Shown here piece by piece: positions 54,312-64,000 of a DNA stretch of 64,000 nt. The position numbers and the translations under genes were made by a program. Source of the DNA: an uncultured bacterium (GTDB taxonomy: Bacteria; Zhuqueibacterota; QNDG01; DTFT01); the NCBI GenBank assembly GCA_963736115.1, contig CAVTNR010000008.1:192001-256000 (forward strand), read 5' to 3'. How positions within the stretch are numbered: the first letter of the stretch is position 1; each line of letters opens with the position of its first letter. The notes beneath the pieces were generated by a model. It worked only from the letters and a program-made list of their open reading frames with translations, was not told where the DNA came from and searched no databases.

Positions 54312-56210
54312 TTGCGCTATATCCTGTTAATCACCGCCCTTCTATCAGCCCAGCTTCACGCGGCCTCGCAAAATGTCGTCACGAACGGCGGGTTCGAATC
54401 CGCATCCGCCGACTCTGCCAGGCCGCAATACTGGCAGATCGGATTCACGGACAGCCCCAGCCAGGTCCTGACCGGCGGACGCTGGTCCCCGGATGCCGGA
54501 ATCCGGTCCGAGGGCAGTCAAAGCCTGAAACTGGAACCCCTGCTGGGCGGAGATTACGCTTTCTCCCAGATCCTGCACGTTCCGACCTATGACCTCAAGG
54601 GCCGGCTCATCCGGCTCAGCGCGGACGTGCGTTCCGCCGGCCTTGCCGTACCCCCGGTGATCATGCTGCTCGCTCCGGACCTGTCCCTGTCCCCGGACCC
54701 GGATTTCGGAGTCGGGCTGGCAGTCAAAATCATCCTGATCGCGGACAGCGCGGAGGGCGTTTTCAGGTCCATTGAGGGACAGTTCACGGCTGAAGGCAAT
54801 TCGAACTACATGTTCGTGTACCTGTACGCGTCCGGCACCGAGGGGGCTGCCTGGTTCGACAAAGTGCGGGTCGAACTGGACGTGGACCCGGCAGGGCCCG
54901 ATCCCGCTCCTGCGGTTCCGCCGTTCGAAAGACGGTCTTTCGACATGGGATTCGTGCAGGAGAATCCGCAGGATCTCAGCGAAAAGGCCATGGAGGAACT
55001 CCTGGATGCCGCGGCTTCGGCAGGGGAAACGATCAACCTGTTCTTTCACGTCCGCTGGTGCAGCCTGAACGGAGAGAATCCGGCCTGGGCGCACAGGCAT
55101 CAGCTCTGGCAGGCGGCTTATGCGCGCAGGGCCGGGCTCAAGGTCGCGTTGAGCTTTGATTTCACGCATGACAATCCAGAGAGCATCGGGGACATCAACC
55201 CGAAGCCGGACGGATCGCCCGTCGGTTCCCTGGCGACGCGGGCTGTGTCCAGGGCTTATCTGGATGAATTGTTTTTTCTGTGCGAAAAGGTGCGGCCTGA
55301 AATCGTCATCGTGGGAATAGAGATGGATATTTTCCACGACAAGCACCCGGAGCAGTGGCCGTCTTACGTTGCGATGTTCAAGGCCGCGGCCGACACTCTG
55401 ACCCGGCGTTACCCGGGGGTGCACGTCACGGCCTATTTCACTTTGCCCTGGATGACGGACACCGAGGGTCGCATTAACAGCAGCCATGCGGCGGACTGGA
55501 GACTGCTCCTGCCCCAGCTCCAGAGCGTGGCTTACAGCACTTACCCGTGCGTGCTCGGCCTGACCGGAATCGTGCCGGTGGAAGGCTATTTCCGAAAGCC
55601 CGCTGAGATCATTCCCGAACTTCCGGTGGTGATTCCGGAGTTCGGCGTTCCGGGAGGGCCGGATGCCCAGTTATCCATGGACGAACAGGCGCTGTGGCTC
55701 AGCCGAATGCTCCGTGAGTTCAGCGAGGTGAATACCCGGCTCGTGTGCTGGTTCTCTATGTTCGACCAGTCCTATTTCGACATTCCCGCTTATTTCCGAG
55801 AGGCTTTCGCCAGGCTGGGCATGCATGATCGGAACGGAACAGCCAAGACTGCCTGGGCCCTCTGGAATGCGGTTTATCACGCTCCGATGACCGAAGTGCC
55901 GGAATCATGGCCCTCAGGCAGACCTGCGCCAGACAGTCCGCTCCTGGTCGGAAATTACCCGAATCCCTTCAACCCTGAAACTTGGATCCGGTTCAACTTG
56001 GGCAAGCCGTCCCGCGTACGAGTCGAAGTTGTGGACGTGACCGGCAGAAAGGTGAGAATTTTATTGGACGGAACCGAAAGCCAGGGAATCCATCAGATCA
56101 GATGGGACGCGTCCGACGATTCCGGCAACAGGGTTCCCGCAGGCGTATACCTCTGCCGCCTGACCTCAAGCGACCGTATCGAAGTCCGGAAAATGCTGCT
56201 GTTGAAGTGA
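54312..56210 (+). CDS. Secreted glycoside-hydrolase-like protein with CBM-like N-domain and FlgD-Ig/T9SS-type C-terminal domain
   Basis: Signal peptide, VTNGGFE..WFDKV, VIVGIE and IPEFG, NYPNPFNP..GVYLCRL..KMLLLK. Confidence 0.65.
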   Translation: MRYILLITALLSAQLHAASQNVVTNGGFESASADSARPQYWQIGFTDSPSQVLTGGRWSPDAGIRSEGSQSLKLEPLLGGDYAFSQILHVPTYDLKGRLIRLSADVRSAGLAVPPVIMLLAPDLSLSPDPDFGVGLAVKIILIADSAEGVFRSIEGQFTAEGNSNYMFVYLYASGTEGAAWFDKVRVELDVDPAGPDPAPAVPPFERRSFDMGFVQENPQDLSEKAMEELLDAAASAGETINLFFHVRWCSLNGENPAWAHRHQLWQAAYARRAGLKVALSFDFTHDNPESIGDINPKPDGSPVGSLATRAVSRAYLDELFFLCEKVRPEIVIVGIEMDIFHDKHPEQWPSYVAMFKAAADTLTRRYPGVHVTAYFTLPWMTDTEGRINSSHAADWRLLLPQLQSVAYSTYPCVLGLTGIVPVEGYFRKPAEIIPELPVVIPEFGVPGGPDAQLSMDEQALWLSRMLREFSEVNTRLVCWFSMFDQSYFDIPAYFREAFARLGMHDRNGTAKTAWALWNAVYHAPMTEVPESWPSGRPAPDSPLLVGNYPNPFNPETWIRFNLGKPSRVRVEVVDVTGRKVRILLDGTESQGIHQIRWDASDDSGNRVPAGVYLCRLTSSDRIEVRKMLLLK

Positions 56211-56774
56211 CCTAAGTGACGATAACATTTTATTGATAGCCCGTAGTTTGCCAAATCCTAGTACAATTAATTGCAGGATTCAAACGAAATTCATTGGCTG
56301 CTTCAACTGAACCTAAGCACCCATTAGGCAAAGCCAATCGGCAATAACGAGGTCCTATTCGGGGATTCTGAATCGTACAGATCAACGAGGAGAACAATGA
56401 GAGTTGCATCATTCGGACGGGTGGCCTGTAAGTCGCGTGAAAAAAATGTGTGCCACAGACGGACGTGTGGTCCGGAGATTGTATTGAAAACCTGTGTGGC
56501 ACGGCCCGCCGATCAAGTCGGGAGCAAGCCTTCGGGCTGTGTTTCTGATTTTGCACATAATCATATCATTGATAAACAATATATGAAAAAAAGTGTAGGT
56601 GGTACTGCAGATTCAATACAGTAACTAATTTAAAGAAATAATGCACGGTCTTAAAGGCCGTACCACACTGAAAAGAAATATCAAGGCCGCCCGTCCGAGC
56701 CATTTCAAGAAACGGACAATACTTTACTACACGGCCGATACGATCCCGGACGGTCATTCAATTCAATCAATGAA

Positions 56775-57344
56775 ATGAAGGAGTACATGATGCGGTTGAA
56801 GGCATTCGTCCTGTTTTACCTGATTTTGATTGTATCGTTCGATATGATGGCACAAGAAGGTCCTTTCCTGAGATTCAGCCTGGGTCCTGGAATTATGAAA
56901 GAATTTAATACAATCCATGAATCCGGCCTTACGATTATCGCAAAAAACCATGCCGTTGGATGGGGTTTTGCGGATAAATACGCCGTATCTTACAGCGAAT
57001 TCGGCGGATTGATCAAGAAGGAAATCGGCGGGACCTATCGATATATAAACCTTGATGCTTATGGTATCGGGCTTGCCTATCGTACAACGAACCATGTCGG
57101 TTTTCATTTATCCGGCGCTTATGGGACAGTGCATTTTTCCGATACCTGGAAGAGACAGGGTGATTATATGGAGGATGGGTATGCTGTAGGTCTTGGATCG
57201 AATAAACAGTGGTTACTGTCAAAAAGAATCGGTTTGGGAGCGGGTCCGCATGTATTTTACCTCAAAACCAATAACTATGTATTTACTAATGTCAGTTTCA
57301 ATTTCTGGCTTGAATTTTATCTGTTTCCGCAACGTCAATTATGA
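56775..57344 (+). CDS. Hypothetical small outer membrane beta-barrel protein, low GC
   Basis: Signal peptide and aromatic amphipathic strands. Confidence 0.55.
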   Translation: MKEYMMRLKAFVLFYLILIVSFDMMAQEGPFLRFSLGPGIMKEFNTIHESGLTIIAKNHAVGWGFADKYAVSYSEFGGLIKKEIGGTYRYINLDAYGIGLAYRTTNHVGFHLSGAYGTVHFSDTWKRQGDYMEDGYAVGLGSNKQWLLSKRIGLGAGPHVFYLKTNNYVFTNVSFNFWLEFYLFPQRQL

Positions 57345-57451
57345 TCAAACCGGCAATTTCTTTTCGAATGAAACGGCCAAATCATAAACGGATAAATGCG
57401 ATTCCGTAATTAGTAGACCATTCACATCCAGGCTGTAAAATGATTGAAGCT

Positions 57452-57629
57452 CCCCGCCGCCCGCTGCGCGGGATCAAGCTATTATATTTGTGAATTATTG
57501 AAGACAAGCGGCGGGGAATCTTCTATCTGTAGAGAAGAGACATCTGATATTCGCTCGCTAACCCCGCGGCCCGCTGCGCGGGATCAAGCAATTATATTTG
57601 TGAATTGTTGAAGACAAGCCGCGGGGAAT
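57452..57629. repeat. 68-bp direct repeat x2 (period 110 bp), each copy a hairpin
   Basis: 57452-57519 and 57562-57629 are nearly identical. Confidence 0.85.
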
Positions 57630-57798
57630 GCGCTCGCTGACAGATTCAACCTGAACATGTCAGAAAATATTTAAAAAAATCATAGTTTCACTTTAAATGA
57701 AGACAAACAGAAAAAACAGTCCAAAAAACATGATTCACCCGACACAGATCTCCAATGAGCTGATATGAAGTTGCCCTTTAGCCCAACAGATTTAACGC

Positions 57799-57827
57799 TT
57801 GACATTTAACGCAATCCGTTATAACTT
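57799..57827 (+). promoter_or_regulatory. higBA promoter with palindromic operator
   Basis: TTGACA-N17-TAACTT enclosing TAACG-N5-CGTTA. Confidence 0.65.
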
Positions 57828-57832
57828 TCACT

Positions 57833-58114
57833 ATGATAAAATCATTTAAATCAAAAGAAGCTGAAAAGGTATTTTATCGGATTTATTCAACTAACTATTC
57901 AAAAGAAATTAATGAATTAACATTCAGAAAGTTGAGGATGTTAAATAGAGCTAATATAATCAATGATTTACTTGTGCCTCCGGGCAATAAATTGGAAAAA
58001 TTAAAAGGAGATAGAAAAGGTCAATATAGTATCAGGATCAATGATCAATATAGAATTTGTTTTAAATGGACAGGACAAGATGCAATCAATGTGGAAATAG
58101 TCGATTATCATTAG
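57833..58114 (+). CDS. higB: HigB (RelE/ParE-family) toxin
   Basis: MIKSFK, PPGNKLEKLKGDRKGQYSIRINDQYRICF, EIVDYH. Confidence 0.93.
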   Translation: MIKSFKSKEAEKVFYRIYSTNYSKEINELTFRKLRMLNRANIINDLLVPPGNKLEKLKGDRKGQYSIRINDQYRICFKWTGQDAINVEIVDYH

Positions 58115-58126
58115 GAGAAATCTATT

Positions 58127-58429
58127 ATGAATAAAAAAATTCCACCGATACATCCTGGTGAAATCCTGAATGAAGAATTTTTAAAACCATTGAGTTTGAG
58201 CCAGAACCGTTTGGCGATCGAAATTCGCGTTCCCGCAAGACGGATCAATGAAATTGTTCTCAAGAAACGGGGCATTTCACCTGATACCGCTTTAAGACTT
58301 GCGAAATTTTTCAATATGTCCCCTCAATTCTGGCTCGGGTTACAAATGGATTATGATTTGGACATTGCTGCAGATGAAGTATCAGATAAGATACAAAAAG
58401 AAGTTAACGAATATAAGAAAGCCGGTTAA
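58127..58429 (+). CDS. higA: HigA antitoxin
   Basis: HPGEILNEEFL, ISPDTALRLAKFF, FWLGLQMDYDL. Confidence 0.94.
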   Translation: MNKKIPPIHPGEILNEEFLKPLSLSQNRLAIEIRVPARRINEIVLKKRGISPDTALRLAKFFNMSPQFWLGLQMDYDLDIAADEVSDKIQKEVNEYKKAG

Positions 58430-58881
58430 ACTCACGCTGGATAACCCAATCATTCTCGGGACGATGTCCTACTCAGGTTTGGCTTTTTATGTATCCATAA
58501 ACTATAATGTTTCAGTCCCTCCAGAAATGACCCAATTCGTAAAGACCATTCCTATCTGCCGCTTCCAATCCCTTCCTCTTCAGATTGCACCCCCCATTCA
58601 ACCATACACTCGGCATCATATTCAAAATCACCCTGAATATTCCCGGAAAAATCCGCATGACAATATAAAGTATATGGAAATCCCCGGGAAAAGCATCTTA
58701 TAAATATAACATTCTTCATAATTAAACGCCTTGTCATGATCCAGCCCTGAGGCGGTACACTTTATCATCGCCAGTCGGGGATACCGTTTTTCCGCAGGGT
58801 TAGCAAGACCCTGCGATACGGGATCGACTGAAGATCGTTCCAGAAATCAATGCTTTGAACCATCCAGTATGGGGAGGGCGT

Positions 58882-61800
58882 ATGTCTTTCATACTGAAAG
58901 CGGGAAATACTCATTATAATAGTTGTTCGACAACGTGGTGCTTCCTCGCGGTTTGGATACTGGCGGTAAGCGGCCGGGTAGCGGCGCAGTCAGAACCGGA
59001 AATTCAGATCACGCGTATGGAGGCTTCGGGTTCGTACCGTGTCGATTCCGGTGCCATCCTCAAAAAAGAAGCAGCCGGTCAGTCCGAAATCAAGCCGCAA
59101 ATGCGGTCGGGACGCAGAATCGTTCCTGTCCTGGACCTGAAACAACGCAAGCTGATCCGGATGGATACACTTCCCGAACCGGCCCGGATGAGACCCGAAC
59201 CCCGAGTTACCGCCGAAACAACGGCCCGAACCTGGACCACGGTCATGACCGAGGATTTCGAGGGCGAATGGCCTTCCGCGGGATGGGCACGGGGCGGGGA
59301 CAAGCATTCAAACGGCGCGGAAATCACATGGGCACCCTGGGCCTACCATCCTGCGAGCGGAATGAAAAGCTGCTTCGCGCAGGGAACGGTGGTTGATCCT
59401 TCGAGCCAGTACACCATCAAAGCGACTTGGGGCGAATTCATCGTATCGGACATGTGGTACGGCCCGATCAACCTCGAGGGAGTCACCGACGCCAGGATCA
59501 TATTCAAGTTGTCGTACGAGTTGGGGAAATACATGGACATCATCGGCTGGGCCGCTTTCTCCGCCTCGGACACGTCCTCAGTGCTTTATGTCACCGGATA
59601 TCCCGGAGGGGACGTCACCAATTGGCCCGATTATGACACTTACACGTACAATTTCAACACGGATCCGTATTACGGAAGCCTCTGCGGTCTGCGGGATGTT
59701 TATTTTCTTTTCACCTATCTGGCGGACGATTACCAGGACTATAACAAGGCGGCTTTTGTCGATGACGTCCGGCTGGAGATCAGCATGGATCCCCTTCCGC
59801 AGTTGTCCCTGGACATCAGCGAATGGTCCGTGCCGTCGGTCGGCGGCACGAGCGAAACCGTGCATGTGACCAGTTCGGACGAAACACTCGGTTATACGGT
59901 TTCGGATGACGCGTTCTGGCTGACCTTGTCCGAATCGGGCGGTACGACACCGGGCGGTTTTACCATGACAACCGATGCCAACCAGACCGGACTGACGCGT
60001 AAGGCCAAGGTGACAGTAACCGCGGCGCCGCACGAAGCCGCGTCCGCCTCGCCCGCGATACTCAACGTGACGCAGATATCCACATCCGACTCGGGTTGGA
60101 CCACGCTCATGACCGAGGATTTTGAAGGCGAATGGCCGTCCGAAGGCTGGACCCTCGATTCAAACACACTCGACGAGGACGGCGGCCCGATCACATGGGA
60201 TTCCGAAAAATTTTTTAACGCCTGGGGAACCAGGAGCGCCCATCCGCACGGGTCTTCAATCGATCCCAGGGTCGATTATTCGGTCACCGCGGCCAGCGGG
60301 ACGACTATTACGTCGAGTATGCGTTATGGGCCTTTCAGCCTGCCGGAGTATTGCGATGCCCGGTTCCGGTTCAGAATGACCTATCAACTGGCCAAAGGAG
60401 ATACATTGCGATGGGGTGTCTCAGCAGGCGATCCCGATACAGCGGCTATCTTCCTGGTGGGGCTTACCAGAGTGAATTGTTTCCCCCAATGGTGGGTGGA
60501 CACTTTCGATCTGACCCGGGTTCCGTTTTACGGCAATCTGTGCGGAAGATCGGATGTCTATATTCATTTCCTTTATATCGCCGACGATATACAGGATAGA
60601 AACGAAGCCGCCTATATCGACGACATCTATCTTCAGGTCAGACCGTTTAAAGACCGGTTGATCCTGGACGCGGGCGAGTGGGAGGCTCCTCCGGCCGGAG
60701 GCGTCAGTGGAGCCATTCACGTGAACAGCACCGGGGAGGCGTTTCAATACGGGGTTCAGGCCAATACCGGCTGGTTGAGGGTGTCCTACCCCTGGTGGGG
60801 GATGACGCCCGGCGAATTTTTCCTGTCCGCGTTTGCCAATAATACGGGTTCGGCGCGAACAGCCGAGGTGAGGGTCTGGGCCACTATGCCGGAGGGGATC
60901 GCCGGTTCACCCGCGACGATCATGGTCACACAGGGTCCGATACTGCCTCCGCGGATGTCCCTGAGCGACAGCACATGGTCCGCTCCGCCTGCGGGCGGGA
61001 AGAGCGATACAATGCACGTCAGCAGTTCCGGGGGAACGGTTCTCTACACCGTGTCAGACGGCGCGGACTGGCTGACCCTGTCCGATTTCAATGGAACCAC
61101 GCCGGGCGGGTTCACCCTGACCGCGGCTGCCAATGACGCGGACTCGGCGCGCACGGCCGCAGTGACGGTCAGGGCGGTTATTCCAGCGGAAGCGGCCGGT
61201 TCGCCCGCGACGATCACGGTCACGCAGCCGAAGGCTCCGGTTCCCGCGAGCATCGGGCCGATCGCGCCGTCCGTGGTCATGCCGGGCGAGGAATTCCAGG
61301 TGGACATCCATATCGGGGATCCGGTTGCCGTGAATGATCTCTTCAACATCCGGTTCGACCTGACGTTTTCGAACACATCGTATGTGGACTATGCGGCTGC
61401 GGAACCCGGTCCTTTTTTTGGAACAGACGCGGAACTCCTGCCGGTCTCTGATGATGCAGCCGGAAAAGTCAGCGTGGCCATATCCCGCAAACTGTCATCG
61501 GGAGGCGTCAGCGGCGCGGGAGTCGCGGTTTGCATCCGATTCCGCACGCTTCAGGACGCGCCTGAAAACGCGCGCGTGGATTTCACCCTTTCCGGCATCA
61601 CGGCGGAAGATGAGGCCGGGAATCCGGTTTCATTCACGGCATCCGGGAACGCGGCCACGGTGATGACGCATGTCGGAGACGGCGGGGATGCGGCTTCCAA
61701 TCCGATTCCCGCGGCCTTCGAACTCTTCCAGAACTTTCCGAATCCATTCAACCCGGTGACGGAGATCCGGTTCGGCCTGCCCCATGCGGGGGAGGCGGAG

Positions 61801-61974
61801 CTGACGGTTTTTGACGGATCCGGCCGGGTCGTGGCAATCCTGTTCGAAGGATTCCGGCAGGCCGGATACCACTCCCTAATGTTCGACGCGTCAAAACTGC
61901 CGAGCGGTTCCTATACCTGCAGATTGCAGGCAGGAAGCCGCGTACTGACGCGGAAAATGGTGCTGGTCAAGTAG
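58882..61974 (+). CDS. Large secreted multidomain protein: two EDFEGEWP modules, three BACON-like domains, cohesin-like domain, T9SS-type CTD
   Basis: Internal repeats WTTxMTEDFEGEWPS; W.T.S..G..PG.F...AN...R.A.V.V x3; PGEEFQVDI..FDL; QNFPNPFNP..KMVLVK. Confidence 0.75.
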   Translation: MSFILKAGNTHYNSCSTTWCFLAVWILAVSGRVAAQSEPEIQITRMEASGSYRVDSGAILKKEAAGQSEIKPQMRSGRRIVPVLDLKQRKLIRMDTLPEPARMRPEPRVTAETTARTWTTVMTEDFEGEWPSAGWARGGDKHSNGAEITWAPWAYHPASGMKSCFAQGTVVDPSSQYTIKATWGEFIVSDMWYGPINLEGVTDARIIFKLSYELGKYMDIIGWAAFSASDTSSVLYVTGYPGGDVTNWPDYDTYTYNFNTDPYYGSLCGLRDVYFLFTYLADDYQDYNKAAFVDDVRLEISMDPLPQLSLDISEWSVPSVGGTSETVHVTSSDETLGYTVSDDAFWLTLSESGGTTPGGFTMTTDANQTGLTRKAKVTVTAAPHEAASASPAILNVTQISTSDSGWTTLMTEDFEGEWPSEGWTLDSNTLDEDGGPITWDSEKFFNAWGTRSAHPHGSSIDPRVDYSVTAASGTTITSSMRYGPFSLPEYCDARFRFRMTYQLAKGDTLRWGVSAGDPDTAAIFLVGLTRVNCFPQWWVDTFDLTRVPFYGNLCGRSDVYIHFLYIADDIQDRNEAAYIDDIYLQVRPFKDRLILDAGEWEAPPAGGVSGAIHVNSTGEAFQYGVQANTGWLRVSYPWWGMTPGEFFLSAFANNTGSARTAEVRVWATMPEGIAGSPATIMVTQGPILPPRMSLSDSTWSAPPAGGKSDTMHVSSSGGTVLYTVSDGADWLTLSDFNGTTPGGFTLTAAANDADSARTAAVTVRAVIPAEAAGSPATITVTQPKAPVPASIGPIAPSVVMPGEEFQVDIHIGDPVAVNDLFNIRFDLTFSNTSYVDYAAAEPGPFFGTDAELLPVSDDAAGKVSVAISRKLSSGGVSGAGVAVCIRFRTLQDAPENARVDFTLSGITAEDEAGNPVSFTASGNAATVMTHVGDGGDAASNPIPAAFELFQNFPNPFNPVTEIRFGLPHAGEAELTVFDGSGRVVAILFEGFRQAGYHSLMFDASKLPSGSYTCRLQAGSRVLTRKMVLVK

Positions 61975-62000
61975 CCGTCCTTATATGGCGGAATGGAGAA

Positions 62001-62032
62001 ACGACCCCGGGGTCCGGAGACCTCGGGGTCGT
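62001..62032. terminator. Terminator-like hairpin
   Basis: ACGACCCCGGGGT/ACCTCGGGGTCGT stem after the gene; no clear U tract. Confidence 0.45.
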
Positions 62033-62103
62033 CGCTCATATCTTGATCGCCCCGGCCGGAGGTCCGTTCGGGGCATAGTCATACCTCTCTATTTCTTCTC
62101 GAC

Positions 62104-62132
62104 TTGACAATAGCCCTCCATTTGTGTATATT
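62104..62132 (+). promoter_or_regulatory. Sigma70 promoter
   Basis: TTGACA-N17-TATATT. Confidence 0.75.
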
Positions 62133-62158
62133 TCTCGCGATACTAATGGAGGAAAACC

Positions 62159-62446
62159 ATGTCCGCTGACAAGAAGCAGAATAAACCGAGAAAAGAAGAT
62201 CGGGTCTGGCCCTATACCCGCGTGAACGCCTATCTTGCCCTGGCCGCCATGGCCACTCTGATCGCCGGGTATGTGGCGCTCGGCGTCAAGCCCTGGAACA
62301 GCTGGGTATCGCTGAATGTGGCGCCCATTCTCCTGGTGATCGGGTACTGCGTCCTCGTTCCTGCCGCGATCATCTACCATAAACGGGAACCGAAACCCGC
62401 CAAACCGTCGGCACAGTCTCAGGCCGAGGCGCCAAAAGCGGGGTGA
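62159..62446 (+). CDS. Small two-TM membrane protein (DUF3098-like)
   Basis: N-Y..TM..SLNVAPILLVIGY; GGAGG RBS. Confidence 0.7.
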   Translation: MSADKKQNKPRKEDRVWPYTRVNAYLALAAMATLIAGYVALGVKPWNSWVSLNVAPILLVIGYCVLVPAAIIYHKREPKPAKPSAQSQAEAPKAG

Positions 62447-62570
62447 GGAGAGGCGGAGAAGCGGAGAGTAAGACCATTCATTGCTCCGTCTCTTCCCATC
62501 TCCGCATCAGCATCCCGAAGTGCACGACTTTCGGTTTTCGCGAGATTTTCAGGATAGAAGCGAAAGAAAA

Positions 62571-62645
62571 GGGCGATTAGCTCAGCTGGTTCAGAGCACT
62601 TGCCTTACAAGCAAGGGGTCACTGGTTCGAACCCAGTATCGCCCA
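62571..62645 (+). tRNA. tRNA-Val(TAC)
   Basis: CTTGC-CT-TAC-AA-GCAAG; GGTTCGAACCC. Confidence 0.94.
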
Positions 62646-62786
62646 CGACACTCGGGTTCGTCATTCCTCAGGGCCGGGAGAATGACTGCCCTTTTTTATT
62701 ATCTTCGAACGGACCCGGCGGGAAATGAGCCGGCGGCTTGTGCCGCAGGACAGGGGCTCCGGTTTGCGTCGGAAAACGGATGACGG

Positions 62787-63084
62787 ATGTTCGATGATCT
62801 GAAAATGAAAGACCTGCCGATCCGTAATCCCGATCACGCTTCGCGGGAAGCGGATCAGGGCTGGACGGTTCTGGTGAACCTCGACAGCGCCGCCTCGGTC
62901 GCCTTGAACGAGACGGGCATGCTGTTATGGAACGCGGTCAACGGGTCCGCCACGATCGGCGGAAATCATCGATGCGGCCAAAGGTCATTTTGAGGACGCC
63001 CCGGCCGGCGCAGGGGATGACATGCTGGCTGTTCTGGAAACCCTGCGGGCCGCAGGCCTCATCGGCTTCGAGGTGAAAACATGA
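62787..63084 (+). CDS. PqqD/RRE-family protein (ScmD-like); +1 frameshift near 62958
   Basis: RNP..RE..WTVL.N.D..ALNETG..LW; shifted frame continues AEIIDAAKGHFEDAP..L..AGLIGFEV to a stop overlapping the next ATG. Confidence 0.75.
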
Positions 63085-63356
63085 AGCGCTATTCGGTCAA
63101 TCCCGTGGTTTCTCTGAGAGAGGAGCCGGAAGGCGGTCTGCTGTACAACCCGGATACGGACGAAGTGGTACTCATCAACGAGACGGGCCGGATGATCTGG
63201 GGGACACTCGACATGCCCCGCACCGCAGCGGAAATCGCCGCGGTCGTCGAGGCGGAAACCCTGGACGGGGAAAACGTCGCCGAAGATGTCGTTTCCTTCC
63301 TCGAATCCCTGCTTCCGGACTTCGTGACCCGGCATGGCGAACCCGCAGATTCCTGA
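63081..63356 (+). CDS. PqqD/RRE-family protein
   Basis: NPVVSLREE..GLLYNPDT..INETGRMIW..DVVSFLESL. Confidence 0.85.
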   Translation: MKRYSVNPVVSLREEPEGGLLYNPDTDEVVLINETGRMIWGTLDMPRTAAEIAAVVEAETLDGENVAEDVVSFLESLLPDFVTRHGEPADS

Positions 63357-64000
63357 AAAAATCAGCAGGACTTTTCCCTCAGCGCCCGAGGAAATCGACG
63401 TCAGCCTGACGGGAAAGTGCAACCTGGCCTGCAGATACTGCTTCTACGCGGACGAAATGGCCGCGCTGGACGATCTGCCGGGCCAACGCTGGATGGATTT
63501 TTTCGCGGAAGCGGGCGGCATCGGCGTTCAGCGTCTCACCCTCTCCGGAGGCGAGGTCTTCACCCGGCCGGATCTGTTCGTCCTCATCGACAGCCTCATC
63601 GAAAACCGGATGCGGTACAGCATCCTCACCAACGGCACGCTAATCGATCAGAAAATCATCGCCGCATTTAACGTGGGGAAGCGACGCCTGCGTCTGGATT
63701 CGATTCAGGTCTCCATCGACGGTTCTACAGCGGCCGTTCACGACGCCAGCCGTCCGCCGGCCAGTTTCGACCGCGCCCTGCGGGGACTGCGCCTTCTGAA
63801 GGCCGAGGGATTCCCGGTGACGGTGCGGGTCACCATCAACCGGCACAATGTCCACGATCTGTCGGCCATCGCGCGGCTTCTGCTGGACGACATCGGGCTG
63901 CGATCCTTCGGCACCAACAGCGCGGACCGGTTCGGCTCGGCCCGGTGTTACGGCCAGGACGTGGTCCTGAATCCGGAGGAATGGGATTCGGCTGTCCGTA
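63334..64000 (+). CDS. Radical SAM protein (ScmE-like, probably SPASM), runs off the right edge
   Basis: Manual translation: MANPQ..PEEIDVSLTGKCNLACRYCFY..LSGGEVF..NRMRYSILTNGTL..IQVSIDG. Confidence 0.85.
   Translation, partial: MANPQIPEKISRTFPSAPEEIDVSLTGKCNLACRYCFYADEMAALDDLPGQRWMDFFAEAGGIGVQRLTLSGGEVFTRPDLFVLIDSLIENRMRYSILTNGTLIDQKIIAAFNVGKRRLRLDSIQVSIDGSTAAVHDASRPPASFDRALRGLRLLKAEGFPVTVRVTINRHNVHDLSAIARLLLDDIGLRSFGTNSADRFGSARCYGQDVVLNPEEWDSAVR

Noticed and set aside
57452-57629. Mini-CRISPR
   Set aside because: Only two units of 68 bp, too long for CRISPR repeats; no cas genes
58299-58737. Short ORFs downstream of higA
   Set aside because: No recognisable domain; one overlaps higA

Overview
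GC-rich chromosomal window from an anaerobic, outer-membrane-bearing bacterium. By inference it is FCB-group, for example KSB1-like, based on NYPNPFNP C-terminal sorting domains, a group II GGGP synthase and a long SRP RNA. From left to right: (1) trehalose/glycogen cluster treS-glgX-treY-treZ; (2) a Rex-controlled operon with a trimeric bifurcating-type [FeFe]-hydrogenase, a sensory [FeFe]-hydrogenase fused to a histidine kinase, a receiver, a hybrid kinase and a TonB receptor; (3) a LacI/sugar isomerase/FGGY kinase locus; (4) seven tRNAs with tadA, SRP RNA and dnaX-ybaB-recR; (5) pgsA-pgpA-cinA-thpR-recA-recX-alaS, GGGP synthase, gmhA, hflX; (6) a sigma54 activator and its probable target operon (Omp85-like barrel plus three DUF4097/toast-rack-like proteins); (7) secreted proteins around a low-GC patch with higBA; (8) tRNA-Val and the start of a PqqD-PqqD-radical SAM (SynChlorMet-like) cassette. 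Intergenic DNA is rich in inverted heptamer arrays and REP-like palindromes. Several single-base frameshifts look like sequencing errors. All calls come from motif recognition by eye; no searches were run.
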